Shown piece after piece: positions 19,145 through 28,949 of a DNA stretch of 64,000 nt. Under the pieces are notes generated by a model. The model had not been told where the DNA came from. It saw only the letters and a list, made by a program, of their open reading frames with translations, and did no database searches. The translations under genes were made by a program, and so were the position numbers. This DNA comes from an uncultured Candidatus Rokubacteria bacterium. GTDB taxonomy: Bacteria > Methylomirabilota > Methylomirabilia > Rokubacteriales > CSP1-6. Location: positions 480,001 to 544,000 of the forward strand of contig CAVWFS010000019.1 of NCBI GenBank assembly GCA_963754315.1, written 5' to 3'. How positions within the stretch are numbered: position 1 is the stretch's first letter; each line of letters begins with the position of its first letter.

Positions 19145-19508
19145 TCAGAGCATCAAGCCGCAGTGATATTGTTCGTTGATCGAGTCGCCTTGGAGCGCAA
19201 CGATTGAACAGAGGGGAGTTACGCCCGTTCGATCTCGTCGATAATCTGAGATCGCTCAATCCCTGACCCGATCCAAGGATCATTCCGACCTCTCTGTCCG
19301 CCTCGCCGACCTCGGAGAGTTCCCCGCGGCGCTGGCCGTGGCGGAAGAGGCCGGCCGGAGTCGGCCCAGCATCACCTCGCCACCGCCCAGCATGTTCCGG
19401 GACGTGGACATGATGGGATGAAAGCGCTGCGTCTCCGCGCACGGTGAGATTACCGTGGGCGTTAGGACAACACTCGATGGCGGCAGCCGCGAGAGGAGGG
19501 CGCAGCAA

Positions 19509-20582
19509 ATGCAATATATCGCGTTCGATGCCCACAAACATTACACGCTGGCCTCGGTGGCCACTCCCGACGGGCGGTTGGTTCTGAGGAGCGGATCGAG
19601 CATGACCGGGGAGCGTTGCGCGCGCGAATCCCTCGGGAGCTGCGAGCGGGGATCGCCGGTGGCGGTGGAAACCGTCGGCAACTGGTATCGATAGTCGACG
19701 AGATCGAGGCGGCGGGCCTGCATCGCCGAGCTGGCGTGCACGCCCGCAAGGCGAAACTGATGATGGGCATGATCAACAAGACCGATCAGCTCGACGCGCG
19801 CGGGCGTCAACAGGCTCCAACGCAACGGCACTTTGCCCGACGGTCTGGATTCTCCCGGGCGCCTTGCGTGACGAACGCGACCTTCCCCGCACGCGGATGG
19901 TGCTCGTCTGGGAGCGCACGCAGCTTAAGAATCGAATTCCCGCTCACCTTGGCCAAGTACGCCTTTGACGATCTGGAGGCAATCGACCTCTTCGCCGCGC
20001 GGGGCCGCGCCGTGCCGAGCAGCGCCTCGAGCTTGTGCCGCCCGACACGGCGTACGCCACTGAGCTCCTGCTCGAGCAGGTCGAGAATCTGGACCGCCAG
20101 GTGCCCGGGTTAAAGCAGACGGATCCGGGCCGTGGTCGAGCGCGCCGCCCGCCATTCAGCTGCTCATGAACCTGCCGGGGGTGGGCGCTCACCCTCGCCG
20201 TCGTAATCGCGCTCGAGGTGGGCGACATCAAGCGGCTTTCGTCACGCGCCGAAAAGCTGGCCGCCTACGCGGGGACCACCCCCGCGTCCACGCCAGCGGC
20301 GGGAAGACCCGCTTCGGACGGCTCCGCCCCGACGTCAACCACTACCTCAAGTGGGCCTTCATCGAAGCGGCCAACTCGATCTGCATCAGGCGCGGGCGCG
20401 CCCCCCACCGTCACGTCAGTCGTCTCTATGAGCGCATCGCCCGGCGCAAAGGCCACCCCAAGGCCATCGGTGCCGTGGCCCGGCATCTGGCCGAAGCCAC
20501 CTATTGGATCCTCAGCAAACAGGAACCCTACCGGGAACCGAAGGCCACCGCCGTTTCGTCCACGAGGGATAAGCGCGGCTAA
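19509..20582 (+). pseudogene. IS110 DEDD recombinase/transposase, multiple frameshifts in this sequence
   Basis: MQYIAFDAHK, VAVETVGNWY, KTDQLDAR, LPGVG, LAAYAG, HASGGK, KAIGAVARHLA spread over several frames; GAGGAGG RBS. Confidence 0.9.
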
Positions 20583-20670
20583 CCGCATGAGCTCATGAAG
20601 CTCGGGACATGATTGCGGCATCCCTCGAGACAACCATCATGCCGCCCACGACGGCGAAGGATATCCCTCC
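20563..20670 (+). ncRNA. Putative bridge RNA (seekRNA) with target- and donor-binding loops; boundaries approximate
   Basis: Stem CGAGGGAT/ATCCCTCG encloses AACCGCAT-[GAGCT/AGCTC hairpin]-GGACAT (target guides), followed by CCATCAT-[GCCG/CGGC hairpin]-GATAT (donor guides). Confidence 0.82.
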
Positions 20671-21080
20671 GAAGAAACGGGTTTGATGACACCAACACCG
20701 CTGACGGCGTGAGTCCGCGAGCCCACCAGCGAGAGCCCGCGCAGACCGATCCCCTTTTCGCGAGGTCAGTGTGGTCGATGACGCGTTGCGCTGGGGCTGG
20801 CGAGCGTGCGATCGCAAGGGGGGCCGCTACCCCGGGTATCCCCTCAGCAGCCACCGTGGACAGTGCTCCGCAATTTACACGGCGCGTCTGCGAGTAGCTC
20901 ACGGGACTCTCCGCCTCGTAGAGGAAAATCGGATGTAGTACGGAACCGAGACCCGCGATTGACCGGCGCAAGCGCTTTCAGATATGCGGTTCTGGCTGGA
21001 GCAGGCGGAGGCGACGATGAGAGAGATGGCGTGAGCAGCGACCTGGCGTACCGCGCGCCTACCTGCCCGCTCGCCGAGCC

Positions 21081-21377
21081 GTGCTATGGTGTGGGTCCTT
21101 GATCCATCTCGGCCTGCAGCTCCGGGAGGTAGTCATAAACCCAGGTAGTCATATACCCGCTGTTGATTCGTACGCTCACCGTGGCCACCGCATTGCTGGC
21201 GAGGATCGACTGGAGAAAGCCACCTACAGGCCGGGAGAGCATGGCCGACTGATTCGGCCAGACGGCACCGAGCAGTGGTGGGTGAGATCGCCGCAAGGGA
21301 CATGGGTCGCTCTCCGGCATCAGCGGGTCATGCCGAACGACGACGGCAGCATCACGCTGCTGCTATTGGAGCGGTGA
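21081..21377 (+). CDS. Hypothetical protein
   Basis: C-terminal half looks protein-like (GEHGRLIRPDGTEQWWVRSPQGTW...PNDDGSITL); start unclear. Confidence 0.3.
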   Translation: MLWCGSLIHLGLQLREVVINPGSHIPAVDSYAHRGHRIAGEDRLEKATYRPGEHGRLIRPDGTEQWWVRSPQGTWVALRHQRVMPNDDGSITLLLLER

Positions 21378-21437
21378 ACCGCCTTACACGGCCAACGCGC
21401 TCGGCTGACCATCCCGCGCTCGGGGATCATCCAGTGA

Positions 21438-21646
21438 TGAATCGCCGAACTTCATTGTGGTGGCTGCCGGTCTCCTGGCCGCGCCGCTCGCGGCTGAAGC
21501 ACAACAACCGGGAAAGGTCTACAGGATCGGCCGCTCTTTTCCCCTCACGCTGCGACCTCGCCCGAGAAGCTGATCTCCAGCCATGCAGCGGGACGGTCGA
21601 GCACCGCGAGATGGATATGCGCTTCTGGCTGGAGCAGACGGAGGCA
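21438..21646 (+). pseudogene. Mosaic relic: ABC substrate-binding protein N-terminus, then a cyclase-TPR tail
   Basis: With one frameshift reads MNRRT/IVVAAGLLAAPLAAEAQQPGKVYRIG; 21602-21646 reads HREMDMRFWLEQTEA. Confidence 0.7.
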
Positions 21647-21647
21647 T

Positions 21648-22076
21648 TCACGGGAGCACCTCTGTGAGGAACTGCCGTGGCGTCATGACCCGGAGCGGCA
21701 GCCGGGCGCGCTGGTCCATCCAGCGTCCGAAGTCCGCCACGTCGCCCGTCACGAAGTGGCTGGCGTGGGCGCCGATCGCCGCCGCCAGGAGTGGCCGATC
21801 CTTTGACGACAGCTCCGGAGGCGTCAGCAGCTCGACGTCGGCCGGCGCCGGCTCCTCGACGACTCGAACCCCGGTGAGGCCTCGACGCAGGGCGAGCAAC
21901 GCCGCGGGGCGCTTGGTCTCGAGATTCCGCTCGGCCTCGATGATCGCCAGGGGCGAGGTCACGAGCGTGACTCGGCCCGCCGCTCCCAACTCGATCAGGA
22001 GTGCCGAGAGTCCGTCCGGGCTATACGCGGCGGTGAAGAGAACGTTCGCGTCAAGGAACACACGGAGGTCAGCCAC
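21648..22076 (-). CDS. PIN domain toxin
   Basis: VFLDANVLF, KDRPLLAAA, FVTGD. Confidence 0.88.
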   Translation of the reverse strand: MADLRVFLDANVLFTAAYSPDGLSALLIELGAAGRVTLVTSPLAIIEAERNLETKRPAALLALRRGLTGVRVVEEPAPADVELLTPPELSSKDRPLLAAAIGAHASHFVTGDVADFGRWMDQRARLPLRVMTPRQFLTEVLP

Positions 22077-22368
22077 GTCCGCGACGGCGCCGCGCGGCCG
22101 GCTTGAGGCCCCAGCGCCGGCGCAGCGCCGCCCGCTCTTGCGGGCTCATGCGATCGGCCTCGACCAGACGCTTGACCTCCTCGTCGACATAGAGCGAGAC
22201 GGGGGTGACGGCCGCGGGATCCAGGACGATTTTCCCGCCTTCCTCCCGCAGCAACAGGACCGAACCCGAGGCAAGCCGCAGGCGTGCGCGCACGCGTTTG
22301 GGCAAAGTGATCTGGCCCCTCGGAGAGACGATCAGGGTCGTCGTCGGCCCAGACGGGCGGGAAGCCAT
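22069..22368 (-). CDS. AbrB/MazE-type antitoxin
   Basis: VSPRGQITLPKRVRARL...GGKIVLDP; GGAGGTG RBS; GCAGAA-T-TTCTGC inverted repeat at 22393-22405. Confidence 0.87.
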   Translation of the reverse strand: MASRPSGPTTTLIVSPRGQITLPKRVRARLRLASGSVLLLREEGGKIVLDPAAVTPVSLYVDEEVKRLVEADRMSPQERAALRRRWGLKPAARRRRGRG

Positions 22369-22449
22369 CGCTTCACCTCCGGCCTCATCCTAGCAGAATT
22401 TCTGCAATTCCGACGATATCGCTAAGGCCACGCCTGGGGTGACGCCGGC

Positions 22450-25400
22450 ATGAAGTGCCCCCGGTGCCAGCACGAGAACCCGCCGCCATCGAGGTTCTGC
22501 TTCGAGTGTGGCGCGCGCCTCGTCCCGACCTGCTCCGGTTGCGGTGCCGAACTTCCGGCCGGGGTCAATTTCTGCAATCAGTGCGGACAGCGTGCAACGG
22601 CCCAGACTCCCGCCAATGCTCGCCTCGTGTCACCGGAGACCTACACCCCCAGGCACCTCGCCGAGAAGATCCTCACCTCCAAGGCGGCGCTCGAGGGTGA
22701 GCGCAAGCACGTGACCGTGCTGTTCGCCGACCTCAAGGGCTCGATGGAGCTGCTCGCCGACCGTGACCCCGAGGAGGCGCGCAAGATCCTCGATCCAGTG
22801 CTCGAGCGGATGATGGAGGCGGTCCACCGCTACGAGGGCACCGTCAACCAGGTGATGGGCGACGGGATCATGGCCCTGTTCGGCGCGCCGCTCGCGCACG
22901 AGGATCATGCCGTGCGCGCCTGCTATGCCGCACTGAGGATGCAGGACAGCGTGAAGCAGTACGCGGATCAGGTGCGGCGCTCGCACGGGGCCGCGGTCAC
23001 GATTCGCGTCGGGTTGAACTCCGGGGAGGTCGTCGTGCGCGCCATCGGCAGCGATCTCCACATGGACTACACGGCCGTCGGCCAGACCACCCACCTGGCC
23101 GCGCGGATGGAGCAGCTCGCCGATCCCGGCGCGATCGTGATCACGCCCGACACGCTGCGCTGGCCGAGGGCTACGTCGAGGTGAAGCCGCTCGGGCCCGT
23201 GCCGGTCAAAGGGCTCGCCGACCCGTAGAGGTCTACGAGGTGACGGGGGCGGGCCCGGCGCGGACCCGGCTACAGGCTGCCGCCCGGCGCGGGCTGACGC
23301 GCTTCGTCGGCCGCGACGCCGAGCTGGAGCAGCTCCGCCGCGCCCAGCAGCTCGCCGGCAACGGGCACGGACAAGTGGCCGCCATCGTCGGCGAGGCCGG
23401 GGTGGGTAAGTCGCGCCTGTTCTATGAGTTCACCCACTCCCATCGCCTGCAGGGCTGGTTGATTCTGGAAAGTGGGTCCGTGTCCTACGGGAAAGCGACC
23501 GCCTACTTGCCCGTCATCGACCTGCTCAAGGGGTATTTCAAGATCCAGGACAGAGACGATGAGCGGGAGATCCGTGACAAGGTGATCGGCCGGGTGCTGG
23601 GGCTCGATCGGTCACTCGGATCGCTGCTGGCACCCGTGCTCGCCCTCCTGGATGTTCCCCTGGAGGATCCAGAGTGGGCGACTCTGGATCCGCCCCAGCG
23701 GCGCCAGCGTACCCTCGATGCCGTCAAGCGGCTGCTGCTCCGGGAGAGCCAGGTGCAGCCACTGGTGCTCGTCATCGAAGATCTCCACTGGATCGACAGC
23801 GAAACGCAGGCGCTGCTGGACAGCCTGGTGGACAGCCTCGGGTCCATGCGGGTGCTGCTCCTGGTCAACTATCGCCCCGAGTACGAGCACCGCTGGGGAA
23901 AGAAGACCTACTACACCCACCTACGCCTCGAGAACCTGCCGCCGGAGAGCACAAGCGAACTGCTTGATACCGTCCTGGGTGATGCCCCCGGGCTCGAGCC
24001 GCTCAAACAGATGCTCCGCCGGCGTGGCAATCCCTTCTTCCTCGAGGAAACCGTCCGTACGCTCGTGGAAACGAGGGTCCTGGAAGGCGAACGCGGAGCG
24101 TATCGGCTGGCGCGGCCGGTGCAAAGCCTCCAGATTCCCGCCACGGTCCAGGCGATCCTTGCCGCCCGATCGACCGGCTGCCGCCGGAGGAAAAGCAGCT
24201 CCTGCAGACGGCCTCGGTCATCGGCAAGGATGTGCCGTTGGCCATTCTGTTGGCGATCGCGGAGCTAACCGAGGAGACGCTCCGGCGGGCGCTTGCACAC
24301 CTGCAGGAGGCGGAGTTTCTCTACGAGATGAGCCTCTTCCCGGATCTGGAGTACACCTTCAAGCACGCTCTCACCCACGAAGTCGTCTACGGAGGTCTCC
24401 TCCACGATCGCCGCCGGCAGCTCCATGCGGCCATCGTGGAGGCCATGGAGCGCCACCATGCCGGCCGCCTCGGTGAGCAGGCGGAGCGGCTCGCTCATCA
24501 TGCCGTGCGAGGGGCGATGTGGGAGAAGGCGGTGACCCATCTCTGGCAGTCGGGACGGAACGCGCGGGCCCGGTCAGCATACCGCCAGGCAACGACCTTC
24601 CTCGAGCAGGCGGTGGAGGCCCTCACGAGACTGCCCGACACCGCCGAGAACGCGGCGCGCCGCATCGACCTCGTCTGTCGCGACCTGGCTGACCCGCTCG
24701 GCATGCTTGCGGAGCACCAGCGGCTCCTCGAGCACCTTCGCGCAGCCGAACGCCTCGCCGAGAAGTTCGGTGACCGTGCGCGACTCGCCGGCGCGCTGGC
24801 GCGGATGCTCCGCCCACTGCAGAGCCACCGGCCAAATTGAGCGCGCTATTGAAGTCGGTGAACGGGCGGCTCTGCTCGCGACACGAGATCGGCGACGTTC
24901 GCCTGGAGGTGCTCTCCGGAATCGAGCTGAGCTCCGTTTGCTCCTTCAGAGGCGACATGCGCCGCTCTGAGGCTCTGCTGACGCGGGCGCTTGCAGCACT
25001 GGACTCCCATTCGGCCGAGCTCCCTGAGCCAGACCGCGCATGGCTCCGGCGCATGATCTCCCAGAACCTCGTCCGGGTGCTCGGCTGAGACCGGGCGGTA
25101 CCGGGAAGCCTTCCGGCGGGGCGAAGACACCCTGCGCATGGCCGAAGAGCTCGGTCACCTCGCACCGATTGGCTGGGCGCTCGTGCAGCTCGGTCGCGCG
25201 TACTGCGGTCGCGGCGATGTCGGCAAGGCCATCGACCTGTCCGCTACGCAGTCTAGCGCTGGCTCGCGAGCACGACGTGCACAACCTGCTTCAAGCAGCC
25301 TCGGCTTCCCTGGGGGCGGCGTACACGCTTGTCGGTCGTACCGGAGAGGCCATCGCTTGTCTGGAGGGGGCAGTCGCGGTCGGAGAGTCGACGAACAGCC

Positions 25401-25808
25401 TGGATCCTTCCACGCTGGTCGCCCTTGGCTATGCCTACCTGGCGGCCGGGCGCGCGGAGGATGCCTCCGGGCGCGCAGGAGAGGCCCTGGCGGCGTGCCG
25501 CCAGCGGAACCACCCGCAAGGTCGAGGCCGACGCCCTTCACCTCATCGGTGACATCGCCGCCAGCCGCGAGGTGCCCGCGTTCGAGGACGCCGTACAGCA
25601 TTACGGCCAGGCCCTCGCCGTCGCGGACGAGCTAGGAATGCGCCCTCTGGTCGCCCACTGCCACCTCGGCCTCGGCAAGCTCTATCGGCGCACAGGCCAG
25701 CGCGAACAGGCCCGCGAGCACCTGAGCGCGGCCACGGCAATGTATTCGGATATGGACATGCCGTTCTGGCTCGCGCAGACGGAAACAGAGCTAAGGGAGT
25801 TGAGGTGA
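22450..25808 (+). pseudogene. Zinc-ribbon + class III adenylate/guanylate cyclase + AAA ATPase + TPR protein, frameshifted in this sequence
   Basis: CPRC..FCFECG, VTVLFADLKGS, MGDGIMALFGAP, GEAGVGKS, IEDLHWID, GNPFFLEE, FKHALTHEV, LGMRPLVAHCHLGLG across ORFs 22450, 23240, 24232, 25329 and others. Confidence 0.9.
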
Positions 25809-25815
25809 TGCCGTC

Positions 25816-26271
25816 CTACGCCGACGGGACCTGGTGTTCCGTGAGCCGCATCATCAGCACGGGTATCTCGGTATGGCGCAGCACCGCTTCCGCGACCGAG
25901 CCGAATAGTAGCCGGCTGAACCCGGTCCGGCCGTGCGTGGTCATCGCGATGAGGTGGGCGTTGCATTCACGCGCCGCCGTTGCGATTTCCGCCACCGCCT
26001 GCCCGTGGCGCGCGTCGGTCGTCACCTGCACACCCCGTTTTCGCAAGTCAGCGGCCACCGAATCCAGGTAGGCCCGCGCTTCGTCCAGCCTGGCCGCCAC
26101 GTGGTCGACGGTGAACTGGGTGGTTCCCTCGATGGCTTGCGGCGCGATGGGCTCCATCACGCGGACCAGCACGACTTCCAGATCAAGCGGCCCTGCGATC
26201 TGAAGGACGAAAGGCAAAATGCCCTCCGCCATCCGCGAGCCGTCCAGGGGAATCAGTACCCGCTTGTACAT
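25816..26271 (-). CDS. Universal stress protein
   Basis: MYKRVLIPLDGS, IAMTTHGRTG, FGSVAEAVLR. Confidence 0.92.
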   Translation of the reverse strand: MYKRVLIPLDGSRMAEGILPFVLQIAGPLDLEVVLVRVMEPIAPQAIEGTTQFTVDHVAARLDEARAYLDSVAADLRKRGVQVTTDARHGQAVAEIATAARECNAHLIAMTTHGRTGFSRLLFGSVAEAVLRHTEIPVLMMRLTEHQVPSA

Positions 26272-26309
26272 TGGCCGTACCCTCCTTAGATCCTGCTCTG
26301 AGGTGGTGC

Positions 26310-26741
26310 TCAGGGAAGCGGGTTCCTCACGTGAAGGCCCGGGAACCTTCCGAAGTCTCTGTCCGCCGACCACAGCTCACGAACTCCATGCAGCAGACAG
26401 AGAGCGGCAACGCGTGCATCGTGGACGATCGGGCCGACCACGCGGCCACGGTCCACGAGGCTTCGAAGCTCGTGCCAGTAGCCGTCGTTCTCCGCCAGGA
26501 TCTCGAGCCGGGGGGAGGTCATCCAGGCGTCGATCTGGGCAACGGCTTCTCGCGAGGTCGACGGGGGACGATAGATCTGCGGATGTGTGACCACCGCGTA
26601 GAACTCGTGCAGGCAGGGCCAAGGAATGGCCCACGGCTCCCGTCCTTCGGCCAACGAGCGCATGCACTCCCGGGCGGCGTCGTGCCAGGGCGAATCAATC
26701 CGATGGGAATATACGAGGAGATTGGTATCGGCGGCAATCAC
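26310..26741 (-). CDS. VapC/PIN toxin
   Basis: ADTNLLVY, HEF, VHDARVAA, SADRDF. Confidence 0.9.
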   Translation of the reverse strand: MIAADTNLLVYSHRIDSPWHDAARECMRSLAEGREPWAIPWPCLHEFYAVVTHPQIYRPPSTSREAVAQIDAWMTSPRLEILAENDGYWHELRSLVDRGRVVGPIVHDARVAALCLLHGVRELWSADRDFGRFPGLHVRNPLP

Positions 26742-26986
26742 GCCCCTCGCCCTTCATAGATGATGGCCCGTATCTGTTCCCAGTCGCCCTCCCGGATTCC
26801 TGGCTGAACGCCCTGCCCGTTCACTCGAGCGTCCGGCAGGCTGTAGGCGGTCTTCGGTTCGCTCTCGGTGGCAAGCACGTGACGGAGCCCGGCCTCGATC
26901 AGTGCGCGAAGCGTCGTCTGGCGCTGGGCGGCCAGTTTCTTGGCCCGCGCCAGCAAGGCAGGCGCGATCTCGACCGTCGTCTTCAT
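26738..26986 (-). CDS. VapB-type antitoxin
   Basis: MKTTVEIAPALLARAKKLA...TTLRALIEAGL; inverted repeat TGGGTATGGG-tgg-CCCATACTCA at 27004-27026. Confidence 0.87.
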   Translation of the reverse strand: MKTTVEIAPALLARAKKLAAQRQTTLRALIEAGLRHVLATESEPKTAYSLPDARVNGQGVQPGIREGDWEQIRAIIYEGRGA

Positions 26987-27162
26987 ATAGCTCGACTGTA
27001 TCATGGGTATGGGTGGCCCATACTCAAGTGGTCGCCCGCTCCAGGCGGGTTCTGGCAGGCGCAGACGGAGGCGAGGCTCTGAGTTGGAGGCGGCCGGTCC
27101 GAGAGCGCTTCAATCTGGGTCAGGATCAGGTAGTATCGGCGGTACGAACTCAGAGGAGGCTC

Positions 27163-27612
27163 ATGATGAACGACGCGAGCACGCCGATCGGACAGCCAGC
27201 AGCTGTGAATCCTCCGGGCAAGCTGGCGTACGCAACCCCGACGACCGCCCCTCTCGTGGCGGGCCGGCGCTCCTTCTTCAAGTACCGCGACCTCGGCGTC
27301 ACGGCCGCGAGCAGCGGGAAGATCCGCGCCCAGGTGACGATCGGGGCCGATGGAATGACGAAGCCGACCGGGTGGCACTATCACGTCTGCGAGGGCCAGT
27401 TCGTCTACATGCTCAGTGGGTGGGTCGACCTGGAGTTCGAGGACGGCCAGAAGCTGCGCATCCAGTCGGGCGAGTCGCTCTACATCCCCGGCGGACTACG
27501 GCATAACGAGACGGGGGCGTCGCGAGACCTGGAGCTCCTGGAAATCTCCGTGCCCGCGGACATGGGCACCGTGGCCTGCGATCCCCCCGAAGGGTGGGCC
27601 GCGCGCGCGTGA
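27163..27612 (+). CDS. Cupin domain protein
   Basis: GAGGAGG RBS; TGWHYH...YMLSGW...YIPGGLRHNE. Confidence 0.87.
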   Translation: MMNDASTPIGQPAAVNPPGKLAYATPTTAPLVAGRRSFFKYRDLGVTAASSGKIRAQVTIGADGMTKPTGWHYHVCEGQFVYMLSGWVDLEFEDGQKLRIQSGESLYIPGGLRHNETGASRDLELLEISVPADMGTVACDPPEGWAARA

Positions 27613-27716
27613 CGCCGTCCTGACGGCAATCTCGCCCACGTGAGGCACAACCGAGCGGCGGGTAGCGGAGCCTCCTCACCGATCCTGCGCGGCTGAAGCG
27701 CAGAGGGATCGAGACG

Positions 27717-28949
27717 ATGCAGGGCTCGGGCGGCTCGGCCTCACACAGTCCCACGGCCTTGTACCGCAGCGTGGGCGAGGAGCTGCATCACTTCGATGTC
27801 GACGTCGAGGCGACGTCGCTGACCCAGCGTGGCACGGTGACGGTTCCGGCCGGCGTCCAGTACGTCTGGCCGCACCCCTCGCGGCAGTACCTCTACGTTG
27901 CCTCGAGCAACCGCGGGCCGGGCGCGACCAGCACGACCGGCGATACGCACCATCTGACCGCCTTTCGCGTCGATGCCGCGACCGGCGCGCTGCACCCGCA
28001 CGGTGAGCCTGTCCCGCTGCCGTGGCGCGCGATCCATATGAGCCTGGATCGCACCGGCAATTTTGCGTTGACCGCGTACAACCTGCCGAGCAGCGTGTCC
28101 GTCCACCGCATCAATGGCGACGGGACGATCGGAGCGCTGGTGCAGCAGCCCACGCCTCTGGACACGGGGATCTACGCACACCAGATTTTGGCCACCCCGG
28201 ACAACCGCGCGGTGATCCTCGTCACGCGTGGCAATGATCCGACCGGCAGCAAGGCCGAGGATCCGGGGGCGCTCAAGGTCTTTCGCTTCCATGACGGCGT
28301 GCTGTCGAACCTGGCATCGGTCGCCCCCGGCGGGGGTTATGGGTTCGGGCCACGGCATCTGGATTTCCACCCGACGCAGCCGTGGGTCTATGTAGCGCGC
28401 GAGCGGGAAAACAAGCTCGACGTCTATCGCCTGGATGGCGAGCACCTGAGCGCGACCCCCGCGTTCGTGAAGGACACGCTGAGTAAACCGCGAACCTCCC
28501 CCGGACGCCAGGCCGTCGGCACCGTCCACGTGCATCCCGGCGGCCGGTTCGTCTATGTCGCCAATCGCGCCAGTGCCACCGTACCGTTCGAAGGCCAGCC
28601 GGTCTTCCAGGGCGGAGAGAACACCATTGCGGTGTATGCCATCGACCAGGGCAGCGGTGAGCCGACATTGATTCAAAGCGTCGAGTCGCGTGGCTATCAT
28701 GTGCGCACATTCGCTCTCGACCCGAGCGCCCGCTTGCTGGTGGCGGCCACCATCGCACCGATCAACGTGCGCGAGGAATCGCGCATCGTCAGCGTCCCGG
28801 CTTGCCTCTCCCTGTTTCGCGTGAACGACGGCCGCCTGGATTTCGTGCGAAAGTACGATGTCGAGACCAACGGCAAGTTCCAGTGGTGGATGGGGATGAT
28901 GGGAACTGCCCGGCCGAGGTTGATCATAGGAGGGAGCAGCGATGAGTGA
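27717..28949 (+). CDS. Lactonase family beta-propeller
   Basis: HPSRQYLYV, AHQ, GPRHLDFHP, HPGGRFVYVANR. Confidence 0.87.
   Translation: MQGSGGSASHSPTALYRSVGEELHHFDVDVEATSLTQRGTVTVPAGVQYVWPHPSRQYLYVASSNRGPGATSTTGDTHHLTAFRVDAATGALHPHGEPVPLPWRAIHMSLDRTGNFALTAYNLPSSVSVHRINGDGTIGALVQQPTPLDTGIYAHQILATPDNRAVILVTRGNDPTGSKAEDPGALKVFRFHDGVLSNLASVAPGGGYGFGPRHLDFHPTQPWVYVARERENKLDVYRLDGEHLSATPAFVKDTLSKPRTSPGRQAVGTVHVHPGGRFVYVANRASATVPFEGQPVFQGGENTIAVYAIDQGSGEPTLIQSVESRGYHVRTFALDPSARLLVAATIAPINVREESRIVSVPACLSLFRVNDGRLDFVRKYDVETNGKFQWWMGMMGTARPRLIIGGSSDE

Larger units (their letters stand above)
19410..20985 (+). mobile_element. IS110-family (IS1111-like) insertion sequence
   Basis: Sub-terminal IRs TGAAAGCGCT (19419-28) and AGCGCTTTCA (20971-80); AT(G) core at both ends; removal restores the host reading frame. 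Confidence 0.9.
19290..21034 (+). pseudogene. Cyclase-TPR gene tail relic, split by the IS110 element
   Basis: Left flank reads LADLGEFPAALAVAEEA...SMFRDVD; right flank reads MRFWLEQAEATMREMA*. Joined, it resembles the C-terminus of 22450-25808 (MYSDMDMPFWLAQTETELRELR). Confidence 0.75.

Noticed and set aside
22450..25808. Programmed frameshifting or a multi-gene split cyclase system
   Set aside because: Breaks are numerous and fall inside domains; sequencing error or decay is simpler.
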